DNA of 64,000 bases from Squalus acanthias (taxonomy: Eukaryota). The translations under genes were made by a program, and so were the position numbers. The DNA lies in assembly GCA_030390025.1 (NCBI GenBank), contig CM059432.1:7564001-7628000 (forward strand), read 5' to 3'. Below the pieces are notes generated by a model. It made no database searches, had not been told where the DNA came from, and saw nothing but the letters and a program-made list of their open reading frames with translations. Positions 60,740 through 64,000 of this stretch are shown here, piece by piece; position 1 is the first letter of the stretch, and the number at the start of each line of letters is the position of its first letter.

Positions 60740-63700
60740 AAACATAGAAACATAGAAACATAGAAGATCGGAGCAGGAGCAGGCCATTCAGCCCCTCGAG
60801 CCTGCTCCGCCATTCAATGAGATCATGGCTGATCATCCAAATTCAGTACCCTGTCCCTGCCTTCTCTCCATATCCCTTGATCCCTTTAGCTTTAAGAAAT
60901 ATATCTAACTCCTTCTTGAATATATTTAATGAATTGGCCTCTACTGCCTTCTGTGGTAGAGAATTCCACAGGTTCACCATTCTCTGGGTGAAGAAATTCC
61001 TCCTCATCTCAGTCTTAAATGGCTTACCCCTTATTCTTAGTCTGTGACCTCTGGTTCTGGACTCCCCGGCCATCGGGAACATCCTTCCTGCATCTAGTCT
61101 GTCTAGTCCTGTTAGAATTTTATAAGTTTCAATGAGATCCCCTCTCATTCTTCTAAACTCCAGCGAGTATAAGCCCAATCGCCCCAATCTCTCCTCATAT
61201 GTCATTCCTGCCATCCCAGGTATCAGCCTGGTGAATCTTCGCTGCACTCCCTCTATGGCAAGAACATCCTTCCTCAGATAAGGTGACCAAAACTGCACAC
61301 AATACTCAAGATGTGGTCTCACCAAGGCCCTGTACAACTGCAGCAAGATATCCTTGTTCCTGTACTCGAACCCTTTCGCTACGAAGGCCAACATACCATT
61401 TGCCTTCTTAACCGCCTGCTGCACCTGCATGCTTACCTTCAGCGACTGGTGCACAAGGACACCCAGGTCTCGTTGCACTTCCCCTTCTCCCAATCTATTG
61501 CCATTCAGATAATAATCTGCCTTCCTGTTTTTGACACCAAAGTGGATAACCTCGCATTTATCCACATTATATTGCATCTGCCATGCTTCTGCCCAATCAC
61601 CCAACCTGCCCAAATCATACTGGAGTTTCTCGGCATCCTCCTCACGGCACACACTCCCACCCAGCTTTGTGTCGTCTGCAAACTTGGAGATATTACATCC
61701 AATTCCCTCGTCTAGATCATTAATATATATTGTGAATAGCTGGGGTCCTAGGACCGATCCCTGCAGTACCCCACTAGTCACTGCCTGCCACTCGGAAAAA
61801 GACCCATTTATTCCAGCTTTCTGTCTGCCAACCAGTTCTCTATCCAAGTCAATACCTTGACCCCAATCCCATGTGCCTTAACTTTACACGCTAATCTCTT
61901 ATGCGGGACCTTATCGAAAGCCTTCTGAAAGTTCAAATACACCACATCCACTGGTTCTCCCTTATCTATTTTACCAGTTACATCCTCAAACAATTCCAGT
62001 AGATTAGTCAAGCACGATTTACCTTTTGTAAATCCATGTTGACTTTGTCCGATCCTGTCACTGTTTTCCAAGTGCTCTGCTATTACATCTTTTATAATGG
62101 ACTCTAGCATTTTCCCCACTACCGATGTCAGGCTTACCGGTCTATAATTCCCCGTTTTCTCCCTACCACCTTTTTTGAATAGTGGGGTAACATTAGCTAC
62201 CCTCCAATCCATGGGTACTGTTCCAGAGTCTATAGAATTTTGGAAGATGACCAGCAATGCATCTACTATTTCTAGGGCCACTTCCTTAAGTACCCTAGGA
62301 TGTAGATTATCAGGCCCTGGGGATTTATCGGCATTAATCCCGTCAATTTCCCTAACACTATTTCCCTACAAATACTGATTTCTTTCAGTTCCTCCTTCTC
62401 ATTAGACCCTATGTTCCCCGACATCTCTGGGAGGTTATTTGTGTCCTCCTTTGTGAAGACAGAACCAAAGTATGTATTTAATTGGTCTGCCATTTCTTTG
62501 TTCCCCATTATAAATTCCCCTGATTCTGACTGCAAGGGACCTACGCTTGACTTCTCCAATCTTTTTCTCTTCACATATCTATAAAAGCTTTTACAGTCAG
62601 TTTTTATGTTCCCTGCAAGCTTACTCTCATACTCTATTTCCCCCCTCTTAATTAATCCCTTTGTCCTTCTTTGCTGAATCCTATACTGCTCCCAATCCTC
62701 AGGTTTTCTGCTTTTTCTGGCCAATTTATATGTCCTCTCCTTGGATCTTATGCTATCCCTAATTTCCTTTGTTAGCTACGGTTGAGTCACCTTTTTTGTT
62801 TTATTTTTATGCCAAACTGGGATGAACAAATTCTGTAGTTCATTCATGCGATCTTTGAATGTTTGCCATTTCCTATCCACCGTCAACCCTTTGAGTGACA
62901 TTCCCCAATCAATCCTACCCAACTCGCGCCTCATACCATCGTAGTTTCCTTTATTTAAATTCAGGACCCTAGTCTCTGAGTCAACTACTTCACTCTCCAT
63001 CTTAATGAAGAATTCTATCATATTATGATCGCTCCAACCCAAGGGGCCTCGCACAACAAGATTGCTAATTAATCCTTTCTCATTACATACTACCCAGTCT
63101 AAGATGGCCTGATCTCTAGTTGGTTCCTCGACATATTGGTCCAGGAAACCATTCCGTATACACTCCAGGAATTCCTCCTCCACAGTATTGTTACTAATTT
63201 GGTTAGCCCAATCTATATGTAGATTAAAGTCGCCCATGATAACTGCTGTGCTCTTATTGCACGCTTCTCTAATTTCCCTTTTAATGCCATCCCCAAACTC
63301 CGTATTACTGTTTGGGGGTCTATACACCACTCCCACTAGCATTTTCTGCCCCTTGGTATTTCTCAGTTCTACCCATACAGATTCCACATCATCAGAGATA
63401 ATATCCTTACAATTGTGTTAATCCCCTCTTTAACCAGCAATGCTACCCCACCTCCTTTTCCTTTTTGCCTATCTTTCCTGAATATTGAATACCCCTGGAT
63501 GTTGAGTTCCCAGCCTTGATCACCCTGAAGCCATGTTTCCGTAATCCCAATCATATCATATTCGTTTACCTCTATTTGCGCAGCTAATTCATCCACCTTA
63601 TTACGAATGCTCCTCGCATTAAGACACAAAGCCTTCAGGCTTGTTTTTTTAACCCTCTTAGACCTTTTAGAATTATTATTTACTGTGGCCACATTTGATT

Positions 63701-64000
63701 TAAACCCTTGATTTCTTTGTTTTTTCCTTCCTGACTTTTGCTTCTATCCTTGTTTCCCTTTCCTCTGTCTCCCTGCTCAGGTTCCCAACCCCCTGCCATT
63801 TTAGTTTAAACCCTCCCCCAGAGCACTAGCAAACACTCCCCCAAGGACTTCGGTCCCGGTCCTGCCCAGGTGCAAACCGTCCGATTTGTACTGGTCCCAC
63901 CTCCCCCAGAACTGGTTCCAATATCCCAGGAATTTGAATCCCTCCCCCTTGCACCATTCCTCTAGCCATGTATTCAGCTGAAATATCCTTTTATTTCTAC
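60740..64000 (-). mobile_element. Long CR1 LINE (ORF2 EN plus RT, frameshifted; ORF1 end), runs off the window
   Basis: Same family as 3960-8650; ETWLQ, GDFN, SDH, AFDKVPH, QGSVLGP, FADD. Confidence 0.95.

Overview
Repeat-saturated vertebrate DNA, most likely from a cartilaginous fish (shark): it carries an HE1-type V-SINE, many Deu-domain SacSINE1/AmnSINE-like SINEs and abundant CR1 LINEs. No host protein-coding gene can be supported. The only candidate is an isolated 41-bp possible exon at 38260-38300, so the window is intronic or intergenic. Contents: many CR1 copies (three long ones at 3960-8650, 40787-51185 and 60740-64000), L2 and RTE fragments, a near-complete Penelope-like element (RT plus GIY-YIG, one frameshift) whose pseudo-LTRs carry minimal hammerhead ribozymes, and about 11 PIF/Harbinger elements. 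These include one structurally complete two-gene copy at 42628-46785 (3-exon Myb/SANT gene plus DDE transposase) and four MITEs derived from its family. Most notable observations: (1) a Penelope insertion fuses a Harbinger Myb-gene exon in frame to a GIY-YIG nuclease domain; (2) Harbinger elements insert repeatedly into the 8-bp microsatellite tails of CR1 LINEs; (3) four hammerhead copies show stem covariation; (4) two transposon-end-associated rearrangements, a ~220-bp flanking duplication and a solo inverted terminus; (5) a roughly five-layer nested TE stack. Family names come from motif recognition only, with no database search, and boundaries of degraded repeats are approximate.
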